Assembly: GCA_002245135.1 (NCBI GenBank) | Contig: NGBS01000875.1 | Span: forward strand, 186,001 to 250,000 | DNA length: 64,000 bases | Source of the DNA: Proteromonas lacertae | Taxonomy: Eukaryota | Reading direction: 5' to 3' | Shown: one piece after another, positions 39,132 to 54,149 of the stretch | Layout: each line of letters begins with the position of its first letter | Numbering within the stretch: the first letter of the stretch is position 1 | Notes under the pieces: model-generated | What the model was told of the DNA's origin: nothing | The model's database searches: none | The model's input: the letters and a program-made list of their open reading frames with translations, nothing else | Made by a program: the position numbers and the translations under genes

Positions 39132-40215
39132 ATGCAAGATTCCATTAACTGTAACATACAAGATACAATACAAAGCGTTACAAAGAAACCTTATTCAACC
39201 TACTCATTAAACTGCAGGATTGGAGGTGGTGGATTTGGTGAGGTGTATAACGCAACTGAAACAGATAGTGGCAAAGTATATGCTATTAAGTGTTGTAAAC
39301 ATATATTTATTAAAGATCGTCCATTGTAGATCAATCTTAAGGGAATTAATATTAGGAAGGTTATTAGATCACCCTTTGATTATGAAAATTAGAGAAGTAC
39401 TTATTCCAACATCATTTCGAACATTTAATGCAATTTGGTTTGTCTATGAGCTTATGGATATGGATCTTCGAAATTTAATGGAATCTGAGATAAAGTACTC
39501 ATTACAAGATATACAGTATATTATGTTCCAAATGCTCACTGGTGTGAAGTATCTTCATGATGTAGGGGTGATTCATAGAGATATAAAACCAGAAAATATT
39601 TTGATAAACACTGATTATAGTTTGAAGATCAGCGATTTTGGATTATCGTGTTTAGCAAAGAAAGATCGTGTTTTAACTGAATATACAGTCACTAGATGGT
39701 ATCGTGCACCAGAAATCCTATTAGAATGTGGTTATGATGAAGGAGTAGATATTTGGTCTATTGGATGTATATTAGGTGAGATGCTCACAAAACAAGTGTT
39801 ATTTAAAGGTAGAAACCGAATTCACCAAATTGAGCAAATTGCTCATTTAATTGGTATTCCAAACGATTTATCGTATATTTCAAATAATTTATCTCGTGAA
39901 TATCTAAAGAATTTAGAAACAAACCCTCAATGGCAGAAGATGTTTTATGATTATGATATTCAAGCTGTTGATTTGTTAACTCACTTACTAGTGTGGGATC
40001 CTAAGAAAAGATATAGTGCAGTTGAAGCATTGAACCATCCATTTATCAAAAACATGAATCCTGAACTGATTCGTGGTAATTTAACTCCAAGATGTATACC
40101 AAATATAGATTTTGGATTTGATGAAAATAACTTGTCATTATATGAGTTAAAAGATAGAATAATTGAAGAAATTATGTTATATCACCCAAACTTAAAGATG
40201 CCTCTTGACAATTAA
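39132..40215 (+). CDS. MAP kinase (TEY activation motif), intronless
   Basis: IGGGGFGEV, YAIK, ILREL, HRDIKPEN, DFG, LTEYTVTRWYRAPE, ALNHPF; 1-nt insertion at ~39313 splits the ORFs. Confidence 0.92.
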
Positions 40216-40369
40216 TTTCATCTCTCTATTATGTTACTGATTAATTTCATATAATTTAATATATCTTCATAGCTTCTCCCTTTTTTTTTAATTTTCTCTT
40301 TTAATCTATGTGTTTTGTGTGAGTATAAAATGTATTAAATAAATACCATAATAATAAAAATATCAAAAT

Positions 40370-43300
40370 TTAAGAGATATACAAACTAGCTACAAAGACA
40401 ATATCTCTTTTAACAGAATCAGAAGCTAATTCTGCTCTTTTTGCTAAATCAATATCACCAATCAACCTAGCAGAGGTAACCAACTCTTTACAACACTCTG
40501 CTGTTCTTAAAATCGCATTAACTATCTGTCCTTCAGGGAATGAAGTGGCTGTACATATCTTATAGAAAGGAACACCTTTTGCCCATTCATAAACCACTTG
40601 CATTAATGATGGATGTAATATTTCACCAAAAGATGTTTCTACCTCTTTTATTCCACATTTCTGTTCTAATTTGCATAAATTTTCGAGAATTATTTCCACT
40701 TGGCTTAAAGTATCTTCTAATTTTCCATTCATTATTGATTCATCATCATTATCTCTTTCTAATACTAAACTGGATAATATTGAGACGATTTCAGCTGGAT
40801 CTAAATCTTTGAATAGATTTTGGAATATCATCTCAGTTAATAACACAGCATTGCAAGTGTTTATCTATTAATTAATAAAGAATATTAGAAATTGATTATA
40901 TACTCCAGCTGCAATTCTTCCTTTCAATTTCAATGTCATTGCTTGTGGATCAATATATTCTAATTTACTCAATATGTTCATTTTTGCTTTTAAATCTTTA
41001 TAATGTAGTAAACTTTCAGGTGATAATTTCAATTGAATTTCTTGGATAAAATTCTCAGTGGAGATATACTTTTCATAACTAATAAATATCATAAATACTA
41101 ATAAAATATTATACAATTGAAAATGATCTTGGAAATGAGGACATTCTGTGATTGTAAATAACTTCAAATTCTCGTTAATAGCATTGTATTCTTGCCACAA
41201 ATTAATAAAATCAATATTTGATAGTTTATATTCTTTATTTACATTGATTTCTGCTGGTCCAGTTGGGAAATTGTTATTCTTTACTATATTTACTAATTCA
41301 TCATATATCTTTATATCATTAGACATCTTTTGTTTATCCATTATCTTAGTGCAAACACGAGTAACATTCTAATTATAATAATTATTATAATATATACTTT
41401 AATAGTAATTCTTGTGTGATAAAAATATCTTCCTTTGCTTTCATGGAAATTCTTTAAATTACTTGATTCAACATCAGGTTTAAAATCCTATAAATAACAA
41501 TAATAATAATGAAATACAATTGGACAAAGTATAATAACAGAATAAGGATCATTTGTTTCATTAGAATTTCTAACACATAAACATTCATAATTCAAATCAA
41601 TTCCTTCAAAAGGTAAAGTAATATTCACAAATAATAATCTACCTTGAATCATTAAGAATTTCTTATTGTCATTCTTTGAAGCATCAATTGCCATCTTGTA
41701 GATATCATGAAGTAGATCTAATGAGATTGATTTATTGCTGAAATATTCATGAAGTTCATCGATTGTATGGCATTTGTATATATTTGATTTTAATATTTCT
41801 TTTTGCATTTCTTCATATTTCTTTAATTTCTATTATAATTGTATTAATATACTTATTATTATACTATTTCATAATCATTATCATCCAACTGTTTTTGGCT
41901 ACTTATCTCAGCAAATGATCTTTTCAATACATCTTCAATAGTTAAATCCTGTGATCTTAAAATTGATAGAATCATAGAAAAACGAAGATAAAACTTCGAT
42001 TGCATTTTATTACTCATTCCAGCAACCATTTCTTTAAATGTCTAATAAATATATATGTGATAATGATATATATATACTGTAATAGGTGGCATTACATCCC
42101 AAATCTTTATTATCACAGTTCCAACTGTATCTTTACCTCTTCTACCAGCTCTTCCTGCCATTTGAATATACTCAGCAGTTTGTAGAAATCTTCTTTCTTT
42201 TCCATCAAATTTCTTTATCTCCATAAAAGCTACAGCTTTTGCAGGCATATTAATACCCATAGCAAATGTATCAGTAGCAAATAATATCTATTTAAATATA
42301 TAATTTCATATAGATAATACTTTAATACAACCACTACTAAATAACAATTCTACAATTTCTTTTATTATTGGTAATAACCCACTATGGTGATAAGCAATAC
42401 CTCTACTTAAATGATCATAAATACCAACTACTTGAGGTAAATTACGATCAATTTCCTATTAATCAATATAATTATTATTATGAATAATAATATATATATA
42501 TATATACACTTAATCTTGAAATACTATTATCATACAGCGTCTTTATATGATATTTCTCTTCTCTAGTTGTAAAATCGCAGGATGATAGTTTCTTGGCATA
42601 TGCTTCCAAGTTATTACGACTAAATCCAAAACATACAGTCTAAAGATAATAGTAAGATATAATATAAATATACAGGTGTATATTCATGATCAACTAAATA
42701 ATGAGCAAATTTCTTCAATTCTCCTTCAGGTATTTGATATCTTTTATCTCTAACTTTCGACATATCTTTATCATATAACTATACACAATAAATCAATTAC
42801 AATAATACATTCTTTACTTCTCTATATCCTTTTTCAATAAACAATCCATCTTCACTTAGAATAGGATACATCTCCTTACCATAATGAATAAAATGTTTCA
42901 ATGGAACAGGTCTCTTTGGTGTTTGAATAACATAAACTTTAGTTTGTTTCGTTCTACCAATCCATTCAGAGAATTCCAATGCATTTGGTGAAGTAGCAGA
43001 TAAAAATACCATATGAATTGTTGGTGGCAATAAAATAATAGACTATATATATATAATATATATATATATACTTCTTCCCATACAACTCCTCTATCTTCAT
43101 CATTAATATAATGACATTCATCAAATATGACCCACTCTACATCTCTTATTATATCTGCTCCTCTATATAACATTGATCTTAATATTTCAGTTGTCATAAT
43201 CAAACAAGATGCTTTACTATTTACTTGAATATCACCTGTAATTAAACCAACATCAACACCAGCTAATTTAAAATCTCTAAATTTCTGATTACTTAATGCT

Positions 43301-44683
43301 TTGATTGGTGATGTATAGATAACTCGAGCTTTATGTTTGATTGATAAATATATTGCATATTCTGCTACTACTGTCTTACCAGCAGATGTATGTGCTGCTA
43401 CAAAGACATTTTCTCCTTTTTCCAAGTGTACAATTGCTTCTCTTTGAAAGTCATCCAATTCAAATGGGAATTTATGAGCTGGATTTGGAACTAATGCATC
43501 AAAACTACTAACATCTAAATGTTCTTCAACTGCCCAAATATTATTATTATTATTAATAATTGTTGATGGAGTTAAAGGAGTTTTAATTGGAGAAACACTT
43601 GGAGTATTATTAATAATTAATTCATTTTCTTTAATTTCTAAATTAATATTTATTTTCTCTTCATTATCAATATTTTCTATTATATTTTTATTCTGTTTTA
43701 TTTCTTCATTTAATGGAAGTGATTTGTTCTTTTCTTTATTTTGATTGGTATTCTCTTTAATTGTTGTTGATATTACTGATTCTGATATTAAATAAAATGA
43801 TTCTTCATCATCAATATCTAAAACAGATAACTGAATATTCCCGTTATTGTCCTCCTTTTCTTCTTCTACTTTTATTTCATTTTCTGTTTCTTTTTCTTTT
43901 ACATTATTATTTTCTTCATCAATTATTAATCCTGTTCCAACATCAGGTATTTTATTTATTAATATATTCTTAATATCATCAATATAATCGTCACTGCTAT
44001 CATTATGAAGGATTATCTTTATATCATCATTAAACTGACTTTCATCTATTTTCTTTAACATCTTATTATCATTATCTTTCTTTAAACCTCCTGGAGTAAA
44101 CATCATTTGATCTGTACCACCTCTTACCTATATAAATAAACATACATATAATATGTATATATATATAAATACAAAGTCTTTCATATTTGCTGGTTTTCTT
44201 CTAAATATTCCTTCTTCATTTGAATTAATTTCTTTGTCTAAATATTGATTAGTTATATGATAGCCAAATGTTGGATTTTTTAATTGGTCAAAATAGTTCG
44301 GTATAGCTTGTAAATCGTAGGTAGAAGGTAATTCCAAGTAATTTGAAGAAGGTAATGGCATTTCAAGTTTTGGTATAACATTTTCATACAAATCATTATC
44401 AGTCAAATTGACATGATCAGATATAGTAGGTTCTTTTCTATTCTCCTCAAACAGAGTAGTCAATCCTAATTTCAATTGGTTTGGATTAATATATCTACCA
44501 ATATATCAACTAATAATACGAACCAATATTTTTAGAACTATTGTGAATTTCAGGTGGCATTTCTGGGTTGATAAATTTTACAGAAGCAGCTTTCTGTGGA
44601 GTAACTTTCACGTCATCAACTTCATTCAATAGTTCTTCTATTTCATTTGTAATATCATCAATTTGTGCATCAATAGTAGACAT
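40370..44683 (-). CDS. SKI2: Ski2 DExH RNA helicase (cytoplasmic exosome cofactor)
   Basis: [61 protein letters not shown]-terminal [11 protein letters not shown]; many introns. 5' exon structure is approximate. Confidence 0.93.
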
Positions 44684-44765
44684 TTTTAAAAATGATAAAA
44701 GAAAATCTGGGGTAACGGAAAAGTCTTTTCACACAACCAAAGAATTAAAATATTATTTATTTAAA

Positions 44766-45519
44766 TTACGAAGATATATTATTAAAAACAATTGCTAGTA
44801 ATATCTTTGAAGCAGCTTCAATTTCTTGATCACTTACTCCAAATAATGACCACCACTCTCTATCACCAGTTTTTGGTGGTAAGACACTTAATTCCTATTA
44901 AGCAATAAATCAGTTAGCATTTTTATCATACATTTAATAGCTCACACGATACATATATTGCAGCAACTGCTAATATCTTAACATCAACATCTAAAACCAA
45001 TCCTGCCTTGTAACTATCATTTATAAGACTAAAACTCACTTGGACAATTTCTTTACTCAAATTCAATGTCATACAATAATTTAATAAATATTTATATCTA
45101 GATCATTATTATAATTGAAATGGCTAAATATACGGATGTTCAACATCAAAATCAAAAGCTAAAGATCTTAATAGTATTTGCTCACAAGAAACAACTGCAT
45201 CTTTCAGTTTCCTATAAGAATCATTAATTTCTAGAGGAGGAGCATTAGGATCATTTAAAATTCTGAATACATTAATAAAATCTCTAATTTTTCTTGGATG
45301 TTCTTCAACCTATGATGTTGTATGCAAACATTTAAATACCTTTGAGGCTAGAAACAGACTAGCAGTTGCTAACATACGATCACTAAAGTTCTGAGTCTCA
45401 TTCAGTCTTTTATATCGATGTAAATAAACTTGAGAAGTGGCTATTGTATCTTGTGATAACCGTAGCCTAACTCCTGCCTTTTCACATAAATCACATAGAT
45501 TTAAAAGATCTGAATCCAT
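44766..45519 (-). CDS. CCNQ: Cyclin M/Q (FAM58)-like, cyclin L/K superfamily; 3 introns
   Basis: AGVRLRL..DTIAT..VYLHR, ASLFLASK|VEE, PLEINDSYRKLKDAVVSCE, HP|YKYLLNY, DSYK, WWSLFG. Short, with no RS tail. Confidence 0.65.
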
Positions 45520-45629
45520 CTAAAAATGAGAAATTCAAAATTGAATATCAAACACTTATTTGAGAAATTATGTGGTTTTATAGTTACAACAAAAACACAA
45601 ATGAAGATTACATTAAGTTGTTTACTATT

Positions 45630-46580
45630 TTATATTTTGAATATTCCTAGAATAAATTGAATTATACCTTTTGGTAATAAATCGTTTAGTTTATTTAATT
45701 CAGCTAATTTTGATTGGTTAGCTTTATATTTTTCAGTCAGTTCATTAATTTTATCTTTCACTTCCTCGAATTTCTTCATTTTGGTTAAACATTTTATCCA
45801 GTCTCTTTCAATTTTCAAATCATCTTCTCGTTTATTTATTACTTTTACTTTTTCATAATGACTTTTACATTCATCATAATTATTAAGAGATGCATAATTA
45901 TACATCAATAATATTTCTATATCAAACTTATCAGCCACAATTTCATATATTTCTCCACAACATTCTATTGATTCTTTATATTTTTTCTATAAATAATAAT
46001 TATTACAAATATTATTATTATATACATACATTATCATAGTATGCTTGAGCTAATTGGAATTTCAATGTGTGAATTAAACTACCTGATGCATATATACATG
46101 CTTGTTTAAAGTATTTTATTCTTTCTCGAGACTAATTAGAAATAATCATTATTATCTATCTATATATACATTTCTTTCATTATTTGCTTTTATTATATTT
46201 ATTCTACATTTATTTTTTCTTGATAATTCATATCTCAATGCTTTTTCACAATATTTTTTTGATGTTTCTCTATTTTTCTACAGCAATATATAATATAATA
46301 AATATAAGCATACTAAACCGTTATACAAATTTGCATAACGAATATATAACTCACATTTCTGTGATCTATTTTTTGCAATTCTTTCTGTCTCTTCACAGTA
46401 ATATTTTGCCAATTCATATTTTCCCTAAATCACAATCTAGAATAATTATACCAAGAACCGTATTTACACGAATTAAATAATTCAGTTGTTGAAATCTCTG
46501 CTCTTCTGATAGATTAAAATCATTACATTCTTTTAATACATCTAAACCTTTTTCATATTCTTTCTGAATTCATTGTAATG

Positions 46581-46613
<33 letters not shown>

Positions 46614-48172
46614 CTTTTTCAATATAACAAATACCAATTAATAACAAACAATCATATGCTTCATTACTTCTATCATTAGTATTTTTATATATGTCATAAG
46701 CATCATTTAAGTATTCTATAGCGTTATTATAATCTTCCTATTTTTTAATATATTATCATTTACATATATTATTATACATTATAATATTTATATTTTCCTA
46801 TTATATAATTCAATCTACAGTAATTCTCTTTTTCTTTATTATCAAGATATTGTTGCAAATGAACTTTTACATTATTGTTAATTATATTATCTATTTTCTG
46901 TTTTGATTTTCTTATCATTGCATCTATGAATATCATATTATTTTCTTTGGCATAATTAGAAGCTTCAGTATAATAATCAATCCCTTTCATTAAGTTCTCC
47001 TATAGTATTACATAAACAAATTATCTATACAATCATCTTAATAATTTCATCATTACACCCACATTGATTTTTATCATTATGACTATAATATATATTTCCA
47101 CAATTAACATTTATTTCGTATTTCCTATCACTGTCATTTCTTTTGATAAACAGTTTTGATTGTTGATAATATTCCTCTGCTTTGTCATATTCATTCTAAT
47201 TACATATTTTTTAATATATATAGAGAATAATATACTTTTCGAAAATAACAATATGCAATATTCTTATAATAATCAGCTTTTACTGAATCATATGCAAATA
47301 TACTATAGGAATTTTCAAATTTTTGAATTGCATCATCAAAGTCATTTTTTATCATACTATTTACTCCATCTTCAAAAATAGCAGCTCTATTCTCTACATC
47401 TGTATTACTAAAACTATAATCCCTATCGTTAGGATTTTTAGATAACAGAGTTTTAATTATGTTGTTTATAACTTCTGAGTAACCTACTACTCCTGTTATT
47501 TCTTTGTTTAATATTTCATCTTCATTATTAAAAGGTCTTTCTAAAGTACATAATTCATATACTACTACTCCTAATGACCAAAGATCAGATTTATTACTAT
47601 ATTCTTGACTTTTAATTATTTCAGGAGATAAATACAAAGGTGTACCTTCTACTTTATTAATTATTGTTTTATTATCTACACTTAATCCAAAATCACCTAT
47701 TTTTGGTGTATAATCTTCATCAACAAATATGTTATGAGGTTTTATATCTCTGTGAATTACACCCATTTTATGTATTTCATTTATACCCATACAAATGTTG
47801 AAATAGAAATGGATTATCTCTCTTTCGTAGAATTTCGATTTACTGATTCTATGGGCTTTTATTATGTCAGCTAAAGATCCATTAACGTAATATTTCATTA
47901 ATTATTACATAATAATCCTTGTCATATCCACTATAGAGGTATTCTACGATATTTATGTGATGAAACATTTTTAGATAAACATCCTATAACAAGCATATGC
48001 ACCTATATACCTCCTTGTAAAATTTTTTCTCATAGTCACTTTTCTTTATCTTCTTTTTACAGTATTTAACACCATCATCGTTTATAACATAATAAATCTC
48101 TCCAAACCCTCCTTTCATTAACAGAAATTCTTCTTTTGCTAACAAATTAGGGATTAAATGTAAATCATCCAT
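45630..48172 (-). CDS. NEK-like Ser/Thr kinase fused to TPR-like helical repeats; many introns
   Basis: KGGFGEIY, HRDIKPHN, IGDFG, GTPLYLSPE, KSDLWSLG; C-terminal exons with TPR-like patterns (FDDAIQKFENS...YYKNIAYCY; DYNNAIEYLNDA). Confidence 0.8.
46585..46613. repeat. Intronic (TA)n microsatellite
   Basis: Run of ~14 AT dinucleotides inside a kinase-TPR intron; shorter runs occur in many other introns. Confidence 0.9.
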
Positions 48173-48324
48173 TTTTTAAGAATTGTGGGGTTTCTAAATT
48201 TTTAGACACCATGAAATTTAAAAAGTCTTATACTTCACATCAGTGATTATTAAACGATTATAGATATTTTAACAACAATATTTATATTAAAATACATAAA
48301 ACTAAACACAAAAATAATAATTAT

Positions 48325-50928
48325 CTAAGCGGCATTCTCTTCCATCAACTTTTTTAGTATCCTCTGTTGTCTCTTTATCTCTTTGCTAACAAAATCATGA
48401 GATGCTTTCTTAGTCTCATTACGATTCAAGAATATTGAATCATCTTCATCATCTTCTTGAATTGTTGAATCTATTGTAGCTTTCATTGAAGGAGATAGTG
48501 TTGCTTTATTATGACTATCAACATGTGGTAGTACTCTTACATTCTTCTCAGTTACATCAGGATGAGCAACTAGTGAAGTTTGGAATATCACTTCTTCAAT
48601 TGTTTTTATTTCACTATTTTTATAAATAAATAAATATATTTTATATTTATACTGTGGATCTGCTGTACCAAATAATGTTTTCTCAGTTTTAGGATATCGA
48701 TGACCTCCAGGAGTTGATAATACTTGACAATTACTTTCTTCTCTCATTTCTTTTTCGATTAATTTCAAATTCAATGGTAATAATATTGGAGATTTCATTG
48801 GTTGTTGTTGTTGATTATCTTCTTCTTCTTCTTCTTCTTCTGTTGTGATTTGTAGTGGCGGTTTTGTTACTGGCTCAATTATTTCGTTTTCATCATATTT
48901 TACTGATTGTTGTTGTTGTTGTTGTTTTACTTCTTCTTCTACTTGTTCTTCTTCAAAATTATCTTCAAATGTTGATTTGGTTGAACCTTCATCCAATTTT
49001 TCTTTATTTTCATTTAATTCTTCTTCACCATTTTGAAATGAAAATTCTTTATTAACTTCATTATTTAATTTGACTGGACTATCTGGTTCACCATCTCTTG
49101 GTCTTTCCTTAAATTCTGTTGAGGTTTGTGTTTCCACTGTTATTTCTTCATTCTCTTCTAACTCATTATCTTCTTCATTTTCTCTATCTATTGTTGGTTG
49201 ATCCATTTCTTCGTTTAATTCATTATTTGTTATATTCTCTAATACATTTGAAGGTTCACTTGGTTCTGATACTTTGACTGTTATTTGTGGTTCCATTGGT
49301 TTGTTGTTTTTATTATTATTGTATCATTGAATTGGAATGATTTAGTTTGAATTGTATTCATTACAGTGTCTAACATAAATATTACTAAATTTTGAATCTA
49401 TTTATATATAGTAGATAATAAATATTATATAATGATACTTTTTTCATTGAAGTTTCTAACTCATATTCGGGTATAACAGATGGATAATTCTTATTATCTA
49501 AAACGGTTAATAATTTTGGAACTAATGATCTGATTTTATCAATTATTACCATCGCTTTTATTGTTTGATCTTTAGCTCCTTCTTCTTTCTTCGTTACAGT
49601 TCCTGCTTCAATTGATTTATCATCTATCATTTTATATAGTTTTCTGGGATTATAAGAATCATCAGCTATTTAATAAATAAGTAAATGAATATATATACTA
49701 TAATGATTTAAATTGGTTATAGTTACTTCTAAATCTTTCTTCGTTTGTTCCATTTGTTTGATCTTTAATTCTAATTGTTCTTCAGCAGTTCTTACACTCG
49801 CTAATGTATCTTCTCGAGCTAAAAATCTTTCCACTATATCAGCTGGATACTTTGAACCTGTTACATTCATTAATTCATTAAATAAAGCAACTATTGGTTC
49901 ATTCTTTCTTTTTTCTTGTTCTAATTTCCTTAATAACGAATGAGATAATAACGATCGAGCTAGTTTTAATCTTCTTCTTTTACCATTTTCAGCTTTCAAT
50001 AATTCTTTTCGAGTTCTATTTGCTATTTCATCTACTAAACCTAATCTTTTGATTTTATCATCTCTTGCTTTTATCTATTACAATTATTAATATATATATA
50101 TACTTGTTTTTCACTCATTAATGTTAATTCTTTTACTCTTCCAGCTCTCATTTTTCTACCATCTTCTAACTGCTGTAATAATTTATTTCTATAAGATTCA
50201 GCTTGACATTGTTTCTTTCTTGCCAAATTCACTTTATTTACCAATAATGTTCTCTCAATTTCACCTCTTTCAATTTCACTTTGTAAATAATCTCCTCTTT
50301 GAGTTAATTGATCCATTTCATAATCTAATCTCTCTTTCATATGTAAATATATTTGATGATTATAAATTTCTTCATTCGCCATTGTTGTTCGTTTGTCTAT
50401 TTCATTTTCTATATTGAATTTCTTGGAATCTAATTTGTTAAAATCATTTGCCACTTCTTTTTGTGTTTCTTGCATATGATTATATTGTTTTGTTAAACTA
50501 TTGATTTCATTATCCATTTCTTCACATTTTTTATTAATTTTATCAAAATTATTTCTCAAGATTTTCACTCGACGTTGTAATTCTACTAATCTATTAGCTT
50601 GCATTGATTTAACTGTATGGTTGTATTTTGGTGAAGTTGCAACACCTTCCATTGCTGAAGGTGGATTTTGAATAACTAAACTTTCTATTGCATATAAACT
50701 GGGAAGTGCAACAGATTCTTCTGTAGGTGTATCAGCCATTCCATAAGGATCATCATAATCAACACTAGATTTTGATCTTTGTTCTTTAACATATGATACT
50801 CTTTTAACTGCTCGAGCTTGAGAAGCAGGTCTATTAATTCGAGATACAGTTGCTGGACGTCTAATTCAATAAATAACTTAGTTAGAATACTTTGGAGCAA
50901 CTGGTGGTCTTGGTTTAACAACACTCAT
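48325..50928 (-). CDS. Long coiled-coil protein, outer dynein arm docking complex-like (ODA-DC/CCDC151-type), with acidic tail
   Basis: Spliced start MSVVKPRPPVAPK; extended heptads; LFNELMNVTGSKYPADIVERFLAREDT resembles the F..I...TG......IV.RF...E.T motif of ODA-DC proteins. Confidence 0.55.
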
Positions 50929-51038
50929 TTCTAATTTATGGTTATAGGACAATAATAGATAAAATTAATTTAAAAAATTAAAAAAACAAAAACAAAAATA
51001 ACAGTTTGGCTTGAGGAATCAAGTTTTGTGAAAAAAGA

Positions 51039-51432
51039 ATGAGTGTTGAATTTGTAAGAGATTTAGGTCAACCTATCCCAAATTTATTACCAAAGCATAA
51101 TAAAATAGATACAAAAAATGTAGTACTACTCCAGAAGAAGTTCAATGCAATTAGTAAAAACGCCGAAGATATGTTGAAATTCTGCGATGAAATATATAAC
51201 ATATTACATCCAGAAAATAAAAAATTCAAGTTAAGAGGCCCAGATAGTAGGAGAAGAAAAAATAGCTTTGGTAAAGTATATAAGAAATCAAGATGTACAA
51301 ATAAATATTTATTATATGATCTAAATAGATAATAACTTTTTGGCAGTAAAAAGAAAGGAAATGACATATAAAGAAGCGGTTCAGTTGTGGAAGAAAATAT
51401 CAGAAGAAGAGAAGAGAGAGTATGAATTCTAA
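51039..51432 (+). CDS. Small protein with C-terminal HMG-box-like motif
   Basis: After removing one intron (~51295-51328): KKSRYNNFLAVKRKEMTYKEAVQLWKKISEEEKREYEF*. Confidence 0.6.
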
Positions 51433-51520
51433 AAATAATAATAGCAACAATCAAAATATATAATTAATTTTAGTATAATTTATGTAATAAATAAGGTTAA
51501 TCCTCTCGTTTATAAATGTA

Positions 51521-52481
51521 TTACTTAGTTTTATCAACAACTTCATATAAATCGTTCCTCATCTGTTTCAATATTGGAATATTGCTCCTCACTTCGTCAA
51601 TTACATTCAAATCAATGTCACTATATACAATATTTTCTTTTTCATCACATGTATTGATTACTTCACCCCATGGATTAACAACCATTGAATGTCCATAACT
51701 ATGATAAACCCCTTCACTCATATCTCGAGCAGGTGAACATCCTATAGTAAATAATTCATTTTCTACAGCTCTACTTCTTAACAATAACTCCCAGTGTAAT
51801 GGACCAGTGGTTAGATTGAATGATCCTGGGTATATTAGAATTGAGGCACCTCTATCTCTCATAATGTTACTAAGAATAGGAAATCTAATATCATAACATA
51901 TAGCTAGTCCAATTTTACAATATTCTGTATCAAATACTATAATTTCACTTCCTGGAGATAAAGTCTTTGATTCTTGAAATGTTATCCTACTTGGTATGTC
52001 TATATCGAATAAATGGTTCTTACGGTATTTACATAACAATTTACCATTTGGATCTATTACTATAGCTGTATTATAAAGCGAATCTTTACACCTTTCTGGA
52101 AAACCTATTGATATATATCTTATCTGTTTATTTATACATCCTAATAAGTAAATATGGTTATTTTTAGCTTCTTCAAACAAAAATTTCGAAGTAGGATTTA
52201 TTTCTACTCTGCATTCTGATAATGACTAATAATTGTAATTAAAAAGAATACATTTGGTATTTCTTCTGCATATTTTGCAAATGAATCAACTGAGTATGGT
52301 GAATTAAAACATTCTGGTAAAACAACAAAATTTGATCCTTTTTCTACTGGCAGTTTTAATCATTTTCTTTGCTTTATTAATATTTTCTATTTTATTCTAT
52401 AAAATATTATCCTTCTAAGGAATATACACTTGATACAAGCATTTGTATGAGTGCAAAACGAATTTTGGAAGTAATACTCAT
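51521..52481 (-). CDS. NIT2: Omega-amidase / Nit2-like nitrilase
   Basis: FALIQM, VVLPECFNSPY, YRKNHLFDIDIP, ICYDIRFP, FNLTTGPLHWELL, YGHSMVVNPWG; several introns. Confidence 0.93.
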
Positions 52482-52665
52482 ATTTTATTGACTATAAAGA
52501 ATACAATGCAAATATATTACACAAAACGAAAGTCAGTATATTTTTAAAAAGTGAGTCGTTTCAACAATCTCTTCATTCAAAAAGAACTTATTTACTTCAG
52601 GAGTTCTTATTTATTAAATATTTATTTATTTATTGCTAACAATATTAATTTGTCTATTAGCTATT

Positions 52666-53584
52666 ATGTCAAATATTGAGACTGCTAAAGAAGATTCTGA
52701 ACAATCTTCGGAACAGCAAACACAGGAGGCTAAAATCCGCTTTATATAAAACAGGTATACAATTCTATTTTATTAATTTAATCAGAGATGTGTAAGAAGT
52801 ATTTAGAATTTGGATACTGTAGGTATGGTGATAAATGTCAGTTTGCCCATGGTAAGGATCAATTACGAACAGTTGTCAAACATCCTAAATACAAAACAGA
52901 GAAGTGTAAATCATTTTGGTCAGTAGGTTCTTGTAGGTATGGAACAAGGTGTAGATTCTTACATGATGAGAAAATTGGTCCAGATGGTAAGGTCATAGAA
53001 GAAGAACCTCCAGATCCACCTGTATTTCACCCACAACCTGCTTATGTCCCTCCTAGCTATGAATATGATTTTAGCCCAGTCGAATATCCAGTGAATCCTT
53101 ACAATAATATTATGTCAACTGACCCAATGTTATATCCAGAACCATATATGAATCCGTTGTATATATTATATCTTATCAATATTATAGTATAAATTATGAT
53201 CCAAAACTAGCAATGGAAGCCAATCCAGACTTATCAATGTCAGGATACTACACAATGCAACCTCCAAATGCAGTACCAACAACTACAACAGCTCCTACAG
53301 ATCCAGCAGCCACAGTGAATGCATTATCACCAATAGAAATCGATGAAAATATGAATATAAATGCAATAAATGAAGATACAACTCCAAATCCATCAGCAAC
53401 AACAACAACAACAACAACCACTCCATTGATTATACCATCCTATGCAGAAGATATATTAGAGAACAACTATATGAATAATAGCAACAATTACTATTCATAT
53501 TTTACAGATCCAACTCTATTACAACAACAACAACAACAACAGAATCAATTACCATCAATGATGATGATTACATCATCATCACCT

Positions 53585-53616
<32 letters not shown>

Positions 53617-54022
53617 TATAGATTCAATACCAATCATATCACCTGTAGAAACATCTCAATCATTATCACCACAAGAGAATAATAGTCCTTCACTATTAGA
53701 TTTTAACAATAACAATAACAATGATAATAAAAAAATATTATCATCATCTTCATCATCAGCTCCACTTTCACCTATTACTCAAAATAACAATACTATTAAT
53801 AAATCAATAGTAATGGGTATTGGTGGAATAGTTATGGGTGGTTTAACTGAAAGTAATAATAATAACAACATTGATGGTTTAACTGAAGATTTAGAATCAT
53901 TGAAGATTAATAATGATGTGGATAATAAAGCTCCTGGAGGAAGATTACCGATATTTATGAGACTTAGAAACAACTTGAGTTCTTCAGATAATCAACAGCC
54001 TTTGAGTTATCCATTATTCTAA
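52666..54022 (+). CDS. Tandem CCCH zinc-finger ARE-binding protein (TIS11/tristetraprolin family)
   Basis: LYKTE|MCKKYLEFGYCRYGDKCQFAHG...HPKYKTEKCKSFWSVGSCRYGTRCRFLH; C-terminal RLPIFMRL, like the TTP NOT1-binding motif. Indel at ~52733. Confidence 0.93.
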
Positions 54023-54149
54023 TTTATCTATTTATTGAATTATCTATTTTATTTTATTATTAAAAGTGTGTTTGTTTTTTATTTGAAATTTAAAATAATA
54101 AAAATTACAAGAAGAATAAATTATTAAATAATCAAAATAAAAACACATT

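Noticed and set aside
39132..40215. Intronless MAPK as a retrocopy
   Set aside because: No poly(A) remnant or target-site duplication seen, and long intron-free exons occur in other genes here.
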